Source of the DNA: a virus
Taxonomy: Duplodnaviria; Caudoviricetes
IMG/VR virus record: IMGVR_UViG_3300031965_000385
Span: 1 to 27,989 of that record
Direction: 5' to 3' (one strand)
DNA length: 27,989 bases
Positions 8,410-15,500 of the stretch are shown one piece after another. Each line of letters begins with the position of its first letter. The first letter of the stretch is position 1. A program made the translations under genes and the position numbers. Under the pieces are notes generated by a model, which searched no databases, was not told the DNA's origin, and was given only the letters and a program-made list of their open reading frames with translations.

Positions 8410-8449
8410 TTTGCAAAGACGGCAAATGCGAGCGGATTGTGAGGTAGCG

Positions 8450-8656
8450 ATGGATAGATGGACATGTCGCCATACCTCAAGCATGTTATTGCCGCTCACG
8501 ATGCTTGCTGTGGGATACTGGACTGGCTTGTGTATCGGCTTGCATTGGGAAAGTCCCCGACAGCCAACGCAAGTTTTACCCACGCCAGCCGAGGGGAGTT
8601 ACCTGATCGACCCCGACGTAGCGTGTCCACGGGAGAAGGAAGGCCGCCGGAAATGA
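8450..8656 (+). CDS. Small single-pass membrane protein, 68 aa
   Basis: SD GAGGT at 8441; hydrophobic LLPLTMLAVGYWTGLCIGL; ATGA overlap with next gene. Confidence 0.55.
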   Translation: MDRWTCRHTSSMLLPLTMLAVGYWTGLCIGLHWESPRQPTQVLPTPAEGSYLIDPDVACPREKEGRRK

Positions 8657-9240
8657 CCCACATCCCCCGCGTCAGACGAATTTATCCTGGCGAATGGATT
8701 GCCGCACTGGTGGTGTTGGCCGTGATAGCCATCATCATCATCGGCTGCCACCGCGTGCGGGCCTGCGATCCGGCAACCATTCAGCCCGGCTCGTTTCTGT
8801 TCTCGCGCTGGAATGACGAATCCAAGAACACGAGCCCCGGCTGGCTGTGGAACCACTGTGGCGTGACTTCTGCAGATGGCAACGTGATTGAAGCCTTGAT
8901 TGGCCCCGGCGTGGTGAAGTCGCCACTGACGAACTACAGCGGCAACTCCGAACTGTACTACGTCATCATCCCGCCGCCGACGCCAGAGATTGGCGCCCGA
9001 ATCGCATGGTACGCCGAGACACAGTTGGGCAAACCTTACCGGCGGACGGCTTCGATTGGGACCGGCATAGTCCGCGATTGGCTGGGTTTCCCGTTTGAGA
9101 ATTGCACGAGCCTTGCCGCCGACAGTCTGCGCTTCGCAACAGGGCGCCCGCTGTTTGGAACGTGGACGCCTGATGCGCTATATCGCGTCGTGTACTACGC
9201 CTACTACCGGCCGGCGTGGTGGCAGGGAGGTGCGAAGTGA
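8653..9240 (+). CDS. Permuted papain-like NlpC/P60 (YiiX/YaeF, C92-like) amidase with N-terminal membrane anchor, 195 aa
   Basis: His before Cys order: QPGSFLF, WNHCG...VIEA..GV, then LGKPY...NCTSL, TP.AL. Hydrophobic WIAALVVLAVIAIIIIGC ends in a lipobox-like Cys. Confidence 0.82.
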   Translation: MTHIPRVRRIYPGEWIAALVVLAVIAIIIIGCHRVRACDPATIQPGSFLFSRWNDESKNTSPGWLWNHCGVTSADGNVIEALIGPGVVKSPLTNYSGNSELYYVIIPPPTPEIGARIAWYAETQLGKPYRRTASIGTGIVRDWLGFPFENCTSLAADSLRFATGRPLFGTWTPDALYRVVYYAYYRPAWWQGGAK

Positions 9241-9488
9241 CACAGCCACCGAAAAACAACTTCACGCCGCAAGCATTCACAACTGCGCTGGCAATGCTCC
9301 TGATTGCTGCTATGGCACTATTGTTTGAGTGGAAGCCAGTTGCGGCCGTGTGCCTTGTTAGCACGGTTCCGATCTGCGTTCTAGGCGTCGTCGTCCAGCT
9401 TCAGTATGAAAAGGATTTTCGCGAGTGGCTGACACAGGCACGCCGCCCTTCCCCGCCCCCACAGGAGACGCCGGGAGGTGCGGAGTGA
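9237..9488 (+). CDS. Small two-helix membrane protein, holin-like topology, 83 aa
   Basis: GTG start after GGAGG; two hydrophobic segments (FTTALAMLLIAAMALLF; VAAVCLVSTVPICVLGVVV) and a charged tail. Holin function is inference. Confidence 0.6.
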   Translation: MTQPPKNNFTPQAFTTALAMLLIAAMALLFEWKPVAAVCLVSTVPICVLGVVVQLQYEKDFREWLTQARRPSPPPQETPGGAE

Positions 9489-9934
9489 AAATTTTATACA
9501 CCATTTTGATAGTCTGTATGGCATTAGTGACAACAATCGCGGCGAGAGATTACAGCATCGCCAAACAGGAACAGAATCCGGCCAAGGAAGTAAAAACAGT
9601 TTACAACGCATACTATGGCGACATCGTTGTGCGTGAATGGTCAGATGGAAAGATTGGAATAGCTAAGACGCATGGGCGAGGAACGTGGGTCGTCGGTGAT
9701 AAACAAATGTGGTCAGTGGTTTGCGATGACATCAAGAGTCGGCTGGCGAAGAGAATCCCGCCAACGCGGCGTTGGTGCGCCTGCAAAAATGGACACTACA
9801 CGACTCTGATGTGCCCGCCCGAGTGTGAGTTCAGGAATCGCTGCTTAGTGTGTCGAGAGCCCCTAGAGCCAGCAGAGATGCCAGTGATGCCAGTGATGCT
9901 GCCCCCGCAGGAGAAGCCCGGAGGTGCGAAGTGA
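9485..9934 (+). CDS. Hypothetical protein with N-terminal signal/TM helix and C-terminal Cys cluster, 149 aa
   Basis: GTG start after GGAGG; KILYTILIVCMALVTTIAA; C.NGH...CLVC. Confidence 0.65.
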   Translation: MKILYTILIVCMALVTTIAARDYSIAKQEQNPAKEVKTVYNAYYGDIVVREWSDGKIGIAKTHGRGTWVVGDKQMWSVVCDDIKSRLAKRIPPTRRWCACKNGHYTTLMCPPECEFRNRCLVCREPLEPAEMPVMPVMLPPQEKPGGAK

Positions 9935-10038
9935 CTATTGGACCACAGCGTGCTGCGCCTAAAACTGTGCGAGCAATCGAGGCTGAGTATCGGCAAGCTG
10001 TTAAGAAACTCGATGAACTAAAAAAGAATCATTCATGA
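9931..10038 (+). CDS. Small coiled-coil-like peptide, 35 aa
   Basis: GTG after GGAGG in the junction repeat; ...RAIEAEYRQAVKKLDELKKNHS*; ATGA overlap with the protease gene. Confidence 0.5.
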   Translation: MTIGPQRAAPKTVRAIEAEYRQAVKKLDELKKNHS

Positions 10039-11501
10039 CACTCCGCCCCTACGTCCTGACACTCTTACTATGGCTCGCCTGTGGAGTCTGCGCGGGGCAG
10101 TATTTGGTACCGGTCCGACCAAACGAATGTCCGCCTGGCCAGGTGTGCCCGGTCGATCCAGGCTTGCAGGGATGGGGGCCGGCGAATCCGTATCAGGTTC
10201 AGCAGCAACCGCAAGGGCAGACTTACACGGCACCGCTGGAACCGCAGCAGCCGTGGGGCGACGATCGGATCGTCAAGCTTCGGAACGCCTCTGACGGTGG
10301 GTACGATTATTTGAGTGGAGCCGTTGTTTCGATCCAGGGCGACCCGAGCTATGTGCTCTTGTGCGGACACAGTTTGCAAGGCAAGGGCGACCCAGTGTTG
10401 GTTATTTTTAGCGACGGGACAGCAACCGACATTGGCACTGTCGTTGGCATTGGGCAAGGTGATGTTGGGCTAATTAAGCTCCGCTCGCCGCGCGCTGAAT
10501 ACTTCAACATTTCCGACCACGAACCGCAGCGCGGTGAGAAGGTTTACCTTGCCGGATTTCCCAATGCCGAATATCTGAGGACACGCGAAACGTCGTATGC
10601 GATTCAAAACCAATACTGGTTTGAAGTATCTGGAGAGGGAATTAGCGGCGAGAGTGGCGGCACGATGGTCAACCAGGACGGGTTGATTGTGGGTGTTATC
10701 TCGGCGACTGACAGCGGATTTCGCGGTGGCTACACGTATGGCGCCCGGTTGATTTGCATTCGCCGGCTCTTAGATTCGTGCTTTCCAAACCGCCCACAAA
10801 CCGTCGTACCTCCCAGTGGGCAGTACGGCCAAGGAATGCCGGAGTTGCCCCGTGAGCAGCAAGTCGAAACTACGCCGCCCCAGGCGGCGACACCGCCAGT
10901 TAAAATCGACCCACCAGCCCAGGCCGCTCCGGCCGAGACAGGTCCGCCCATTGTCATTAAACCAGTGCTCCCGCGAGAGCCCCAGGCCGCATTGCCAGAA
11001 GAAACTGCGCCTGAACAATCGCCCGGCTGGCTGCCGTCACTGGACACGGGCTCGCTCGGTGCCACGGCAGGTAAGCTCGCAGCCGGTGCATTGGGAATTG
11101 GTGGCCCGATTGGAATGGGGATCGTGGGGGCGGGCTGGTTGATCGGCAGGCGATTGGGAAATCGCTTATCGGGGCACATTTCTGGCGGCTTGGCACCGCC
11201 AAAGGAGGAACCCGCCACCGCGGGCGGCTCCTTTCGACTCTACGAACGAACCGAAGAATCAGCACAGGAGCCAATCGAGCGAGACCTTAGTGAGGGTGAG
11301 CAACTTTTACGACTTCGGCGACTCGACGGACGTGATCCGGTACAAGACGCGATTGTTGGAGGCTTTATCCGGGATCGACTCGAAGCTTACTCCGAAAGTA
11401 AGCGTGATCCGGCGAAAGCTAACTGGTCGCGCGAACTTCTCTGGGAGCTAGATCGGGAATTCAACAAGCTTGCCCCCACAAAAACAAAGGTCAGCATCTA
11501 A
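10035..11501 (+). CDS. Exported trypsin-like (S1) serine protease with Pro-rich linker and Gly-rich membrane segment, 488 aa
   Basis: Signal peptide; triad motifs VLLCGHS, GDVGLI, GESGG followed by LIVGVI; P/Q/A-rich linker; LAAGALGIGGPIGMGIVGAGWLIGRR. Confidence 0.88.
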   Translation: MTLRPYVLTLLLWLACGVCAGQYLVPVRPNECPPGQVCPVDPGLQGWGPANPYQVQQQPQGQTYTAPLEPQQPWGDDRIVKLRNASDGGYDYLSGAVVSIQGDPSYVLLCGHSLQGKGDPVLVIFSDGTATDIGTVVGIGQGDVGLIKLRSPRAEYFNISDHEPQRGEKVYLAGFPNAEYLRTRETSYAIQNQYWFEVSGEGISGESGGTMVNQDGLIVGVISATDSGFRGGYTYGARLICIRRLLDSCFPNRPQTVVPPSGQYGQGMPELPREQQVETTPPQAATPPVKIDPPAQAAPAETGPPIVIKPVLPREPQAALPEETAPEQSPGWLPSLDTGSLGATAGKLAAGALGIGGPIGMGIVGAGWLIGRRLGNRLSGHISGGLAPPKEEPATAGGSFRLYERTEESAQEPIERDLSEGEQLLRLRRLDGRDPVQDAIVGGFIRDRLEAYSESKRDPAKANWSRELLWELDREFNKLAPTKTKVSI

Positions 11502-11522
11502 TCTAATCACAAGGAGAAAGTA

Positions 11523-12251
11523 ATGCCTATCGGCGATCCAGGCGTGGAACAATTTCGGGATGCGATGACGGAACTGCGCAATCGGCATATCATCTTTGCC
11601 CTGTCGGCGCTCTTTGATTTGCGCTCACAGATTATCGGCAACGACGAATTCCAGAAGCGCGGCGGCGTCGACACAACGACCGCGCTGTATCTGATGCAGC
11701 ACTTGCAGAACTGTGACAAGCGGCGGCGGGTGATTACCTACCAGCCGGACAAGTCCGCACTCGACGAGTATCGTGCCAAAGCGATCAGCACCAAGAACAT
11801 CATCACCGGCACGGTTCTTTCTGGGCAGCCGTCGGGAACTCCACTGGTTGGCGAGACCGAGCCGTTCGGCGGCGATCGCGTGCAGGATGCTTCGGGTCCA
11901 CTCCGGCAGTTGCCGTGGGCCATCGACGGCACCGATACGGACATCCCACTCAACAGCCAACTCAATTACCGTAGTGGCGACGGGTTCATTCTGTTGCAGT
12001 CGATCGACGAAGCTATTGTGGCCTGGACGCGGCTAGAGAGCCGATTCCAAAGCCGGTTTATCACAGTCGACGACTCGATGCGCATGTACGCTCATTACGT
12101 TCAGGTGCTAGAGCTGCTGGAAATCTTCCACGGCGACCGCAACCGCGTCGACTTTGCTCAAGGCGTCCGCCCGAGCGAGGAACCGCGTGGGCCAGGCGCT
12201 TCGCCCAATATGATCGGCGAGGAAGTCGGCAGCAGCGGCATCAAGGTGTAA
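11523..12251 (+). CDS. Hypothetical, predicted mostly helical protein, 242 aa
   Basis: Strong SD AAGGAG; normal composition; no motif recognised. Confidence 0.75.
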   Translation: MPIGDPGVEQFRDAMTELRNRHIIFALSALFDLRSQIIGNDEFQKRGGVDTTTALYLMQHLQNCDKRRRVITYQPDKSALDEYRAKAISTKNIITGTVLSGQPSGTPLVGETEPFGGDRVQDASGPLRQLPWAIDGTDTDIPLNSQLNYRSGDGFILLQSIDEAIVAWTRLESRFQSRFITVDDSMRMYAHYVQVLELLEIFHGDRNRVDFAQGVRPSEEPRGPGASPNMIGEEVGSSGIKV

Positions 12252-12255
12252 CCAA

Positions 12256-12408
12256 ATGGCTCGCAACTTTGACGATGACCCCGAGGTAGCCAGACTGTTG
12301 GGGGAATTGCAACAGAAGCAAACCAAAAAAGACGAGGCCAGTGCATCCATCCGAGACATCCTCAGAGAACTTGCCGTGCTTGTACCGGAAAAGGACCAAC
12401 CCCAATAG
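12256..12408 (+). CDS. Small helical hypothetical protein, 50 aa
   Basis: Self-translated MARNFDDDPEVARLLGELQQKQTKKDEASASIRDILRELAVLVPEKDQPQ*; AAGGTG upstream; below the ORF-track length cutoff. Confidence 0.6.
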   Translation: MARNFDDDPEVARLLGELQQKQTKKDEASASIRDILRELAVLVPEKDQPQ

Positions 12409-12414
12409 ATGCCC

Positions 12415-12540
12415 CCTCGCGTCCGGTCCCTTTTGCATCCGGGGGCTGGGCGCGGGGATTAACAGAAACAATTTCGCGTAGCCTCGCTACCTGTGACTCA
12501 GCCGGTCCCGTGCGACCTCCCGGACGGCGGGGCCGGCTTT
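12415..12540 (+). promoter_or_regulatory. Tandem GC-rich hairpins upstream of the metacaspase gene
   Basis: 16-bp stem 12415-12430/12442-12457 with four G-U pairs; small GTAGC-CTC-GCTAC hairpin; 11-bp stem 12500-12510/12528-12538 followed by a short T run. Confidence 0.55.
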
Positions 12541-12555
12541 ACAAAAAACGCTGCT

Positions 12556-13281
12556 ATGTCGATTCACGCATTATTTGTGGCTACGAATTTTGAAGGGACT
12601 CAGAACGCCCTTCCAGATTGCATTCTCGATGCCCGCAACTGGCGCAAGCTCCTCGAGCCGTACTGCGCCAGCAGCACGCTGCTATTGGGAAAGAAGGCTT
12701 CGCGTAACGGCATCGTAAAAGCTGGCCGCAAGTGGCTCGACCGCCTGGAGCCGGGCGACCTTGGCATCCTGTTATTCAGCCAGCACGGCGCCCGCGAGAA
12801 AATCAACGGCGTGTGGCATGAGGCGATTGTCTGCGACGACTTGGAGCTTTTGTATGACTTTGAATCGAACGACCTGCTACGCCGCCGGGCGCCTAAGACG
12901 CACGTGGTGGCGTTGCTCGATACGTGCCACTCGGGGGGAATGCCGCGGGGGAACCCGCGCATCGCGCGAACGATTCCACTGTCACGCTGTACCAGACACA
13001 AAGCGACTCCGCCAGCAAAGATGCGGGCACTTCGCAATGGAATCATTTACGCCGGCTGCGAGCCTCAGCAGTACAGCTACTCGACCGGCAAGGGTGGCGC
13101 AATGAGTTTGGCAATGCAAAAAGCCATCGGCGAGAAGGGTGCCGATTGTACGTTCGGTTGGTTGCACCGAAGAGTGGCAGGCAAGCACGGGCTGCTGCCG
13201 ACGGATGAATTCCCGCAGACGCCGACTGTGACGGCATCGGTGGCCAATCTACGGCGGACGCTGAGAAGTTTTGTAGGGTGA
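12556..13281 (+). CDS. Metacaspase / caspase-family (C14) cysteine peptidase, 241 aa
   Basis: ALFVATN...LPDCILDA, PGDLGILLFSQHG (catalytic His), LLDTCHSG (catalytic Cys), AGCEPQQYS, GAMS, QTP. Confidence 0.92.
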   Translation: MSIHALFVATNFEGTQNALPDCILDARNWRKLLEPYCASSTLLLGKKASRNGIVKAGRKWLDRLEPGDLGILLFSQHGAREKINGVWHEAIVCDDLELLYDFESNDLLRRRAPKTHVVALLDTCHSGGMPRGNPRIARTIPLSRCTRHKATPPAKMRALRNGIIYAGCEPQQYSYSTGKGGAMSLAMQKAIGEKGADCTFGWLHRRVAGKHGLLPTDEFPQTPTVTASVANLRRTLRSFVG

Positions 13282-13296
13282 ACTATGCATGAAAAA

Positions 13297-13438
13297 TCCA
13301 GGATGAAGTAGAGCCCCTTGGATCATTCCCCGCTTCACCACTCTAACACGGAGGTGATCCTGGAGGCTTTATAGTACCGTCCGGCGGGGGCTGGCTGCTC
13401 ACAGCAGCCGCAGGGACGCAACCGCCGGCTATGGAGGA
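13297..13438 (+). ncRNA. Candidate GGA-rich structured RNA (CsrB/RsmZ-like or CsrA-controlled leader)
   Basis: Seven GGA triplets in about 140 intergenic nt, several as CAGGATG, CACGGAGGTG, CCTGGAGG, GCAGGGACGC, ATGGAGGA; multiple stems. Not matched to a named family. Confidence 0.4.
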
Positions 13439-13441
13439 TTG

Positions 13442-13726
13442 ATGCAAGAATTGGCGATGCCCAAACCTGTCTACGTGCGGTGGAAAGATTGCACGTCCTG
13501 CGATGCCTGGGCGTTACCTCCCGAAGTTGAAGAAATCGGCTGCCCGATTATTGAAACGGTTGGCTTTTTGGTTGTGGAGAACGATGAATTTATTTCGGTG
13601 TCCGTAGCGTGGGAGCCTTATTGCGGAAAGATTGCCGGAACTTTCAGTATTCCGCGGGCACAGATTGTCGGTATGGAAATGATTTCTCTGCCGGAGTTAA
13701 AAGGAAAATCATGCACGACCCAATGA
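13442..13726 (+). CDS. Conserved small phage protein, 94 aa
   Basis: SD GGAGGA; VYVRWKD...W...ETVGFL...IPR.QI pattern is common in phage hypothetical proteins. Confidence 0.75.
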   Translation: MQELAMPKPVYVRWKDCTSCDAWALPPEVEEIGCPIIETVGFLVVENDEFISVSVAWEPYCGKIAGTFSIPRAQIVGMEMISLPELKGKSCTTQ

Positions 13727-14478
13727 CTGTTGCGTTCGCTATCAAACGACCGTGGCCAGGCCGCTATCCTGACGGCAATCGTTATTGGCCGACGTTGGTA
13801 ACAATTTGGCATGTCGATCCCGAGAAAGGTGGCAGTGATGATTCTTGTGGATGGAGCCATCCGAGGTTGAGCGACTTTCAGCGGAGTCGGTTGCAATCGC
13901 TGGCTTGGAATGAGGCCCGCGATCCGTACTATCTCAAGCGGAGCGGACGCAAGTGGGCGGGTACGAGGCATGAGGCTGAGGCTATGTATCGGGGTCTTAT
14001 TCTGTGCGTGGCCAGAGCGATAGACGTTGAAGTGAGGTACGACTTCGCAGCCGCATTAGCGGCCCGTGCCATTCACTTTCCAGATTGTACGGATGCGGCG
14101 GATATGTTTTGTTTTGAGCCTGGATACCACACCAACTTCAAAAAAGACATGAAGGATGAGCGTGAACAGTATTTTATGGGAATTGTTTGCAGCATCGCGC
14201 GGGGGATTCTGGCAGCAAATCGCCCATGGTATCGGCACCCGCGGTGGCATCTGTGGCATTGGAAAATCCAGATTCATTCATTGCAGAATTTCAAGCGGTG
14301 GGCGTTTTCCAGATGCGAATACTGTGGCGGTCGATTTTGTTACGGCGAGTCTCCTTGCACGTTCTCTTGGAATGGCACTGGGCCGCTGTGGTTTCGCTCG
14401 GAGAAAAGTGTCCATCACAGCGGATGTTCGCGAAAAAGCGATGCCGTGAAAATACCGGAGGTTGTTTCGGCACGATAG
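13711..14478 (+). CDS. Trp/His/Cys-rich phage hypothetical protein, 255 aa
   Basis: SD AAAGGA before ATG 13711; TIWHVDPE..GSDDSCGW, HPRWH.WHW, C..C...H..C. Confidence 0.75.
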   Translation: MHDPMTVAFAIKRPWPGRYPDGNRYWPTLVTIWHVDPEKGGSDDSCGWSHPRLSDFQRSRLQSLAWNEARDPYYLKRSGRKWAGTRHEAEAMYRGLILCVARAIDVEVRYDFAAALAARAIHFPDCTDAADMFCFEPGYHTNFKKDMKDEREQYFMGIVCSIARGILAANRPWYRHPRWHLWHWKIQIHSLQNFKRWAFSRCEYCGGRFCYGESPCTFSWNGTGPLWFRSEKSVHHSGCSRKSDAVKIPEVVSAR

Positions 14479-14482
14479 GGCC

Positions 14483-14677
14483 ATGGAAACCTACCGACAC
14501 TGGACAGTGTCGATCGAACAAGTGGCACCGCTGCTGTGGGTGGCGACTGCGAAATATCGAGGCGCCCACGACTTGAGCGCAACAGGAACAGATGAGGACG
14601 ATTGCCGGGAAGCAATCCAGGCGCGCATTGACTTTTACTGGCAGGGACAATTTGGGGAGTTAGGAATAACCCCGTGA
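14483..14677 (+). CDS. Hypothetical protein, 64 aa
   Basis: ATG 5 nt after the previous stop; fits packing. Confidence 0.55.
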   Translation: METYRHWTVSIEQVAPLLWVATAKYRGAHDLSATGTDEDDCREAIQARIDFYWQGQFGELGITP

Positions 14678-14700
14678 CCACATTATGCAGGAACCGACTC

Positions 14701-14949
14701 ATGGATTGGCCAGCCGCCACGGCGATTGTCGGGGCGTGCGCCCCGCTGACTGCCGCGATTATCAAGTTTGTGCCGCGTCGAGAACCGCACGCAAATGGAC
14801 ACGTCGAGAACGGGCGTATCTATGCCGAGAAGTCGGCACACACTGCCCTCGAAGCGCGCCTAACCGCGCTCGAAAGATTCCATTCAGAATTGAAGGCTGA
14901 TATGAAGCTAGAGTTCAGCGACCTCAAGGCCCTGATTAGAAACAAATGA
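14701..14949 (+). CDS. Small protein with N-terminal hydrophobic helix and C-terminal coiled coil, 82 aa
   Basis: WPAATAIVGACAPLTAAIIKF then LEARLTALE..LKADMK..LKAL; alternative GTG start at 14674. Confidence 0.65.
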   Translation: MDWPAATAIVGACAPLTAAIIKFVPRREPHANGHVENGRIYAEKSAHTALEARLTALERFHSELKADMKLEFSDLKALIRNK

Positions 14950-15500
14950 ACGAGTCCAACGGCACAAACGGCACGGGCATGAAGGCACTAACTGGCGCCT
15001 CGATTCTACTCTCGCTGATTTTGGGCGTCGTCGCCCTCAATGCGCCAATGCGTGCGGAGAACGAGATTCAGCGTCAGGCCATGCTGGAAATGCGCGGCGA
15101 CGTAAAGATGCTGCTAATGACACTCCACGAGGACGGGCAGAAAGATGCCTACCAGCAAGGCCAAGTAGACGAAAAGTTACATGCTCTTGAGGCGCGTGCG
15201 GCTGCAAACTCCGAAGCGATTGTGAGCCAGGACGTGGCTACGCAACGCGAAATGCGGGACTTGGATGCTATTGCTGACGCAAAGCTAGAAGGATTCAGGT
15301 CGGCAGTCAACGCGATGTTGAGCGGGATCGACGAAAAGTTCCAGAACGAAATCGGCACTGTGGCCAAGCTGCTTGAAGGCACGATTGACAACATGAAGTC
15401 GCAGCTTGAGAAGAACGACGAATTCCAAGTCAGCAACCGCGAAAAAATCGCTGGCATGCAGGAACGCCTGAAGGTTATTGAACGCGAGCGAACTAAATGA
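14946..15500 (+). CDS. Membrane-anchored long coiled-coil protein, 184 aa
   Basis: ALTGASILLSLILGVVAL followed by heptad-rich helix; ATGA overlaps both ends. Confidence 0.75.
   Translation: MNESNGTNGTGMKALTGASILLSLILGVVALNAPMRAENEIQRQAMLEMRGDVKMLLMTLHEDGQKDAYQQGQVDEKLHALEARAAANSEAIVSQDVATQREMRDLDAIADAKLEGFRSAVNAMLSGIDEKFQNEIGTVAKLLEGTIDNMKSQLEKNDEFQVSNREKIAGMQERLKVIERERTK

Larger units (their letters stand above)
9226..9934 (+). repeat. Three copies of a gene-junction repeat GGAGGTGCG(A/G)AGTGA
   Basis: Copies end at 9240, 9488 and 9934; copies 2 and 3 extend to 34 nt (9455-9488, 9901-9934) with 4 mismatches. Confidence 0.9.

Noticed and set aside
9877-9899. GATGCCAGT tandem repeat
   Set aside because: In-frame 9-bp unit encoding MPVMPVM; ordinary low-complexity coding sequence.
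9226-9934. CRISPR array or attC cassette array
   Set aside because: Only three copies, spaced by whole genes of 250-450 nt, not palindromic, and no cas or integron integrase gene.
11523-12251. Bacterial gasdermin, suggested by size and position between trypsin-like and caspase-like proteases
   Set aside because: No N-terminal Cys and the pattern looks helical rather than beta-rich; would need a structure search to revive.
12385-12460. HDV-like (theta) ribozyme, suggested by CCCCTCGC and nested pairings; also GGCCGGCA at 5523
   Set aside because: Could not build the nested double pseudoknot (no GG for P1.1 after the candidate P1, no J4/2); simple hairpins explain the sequence.
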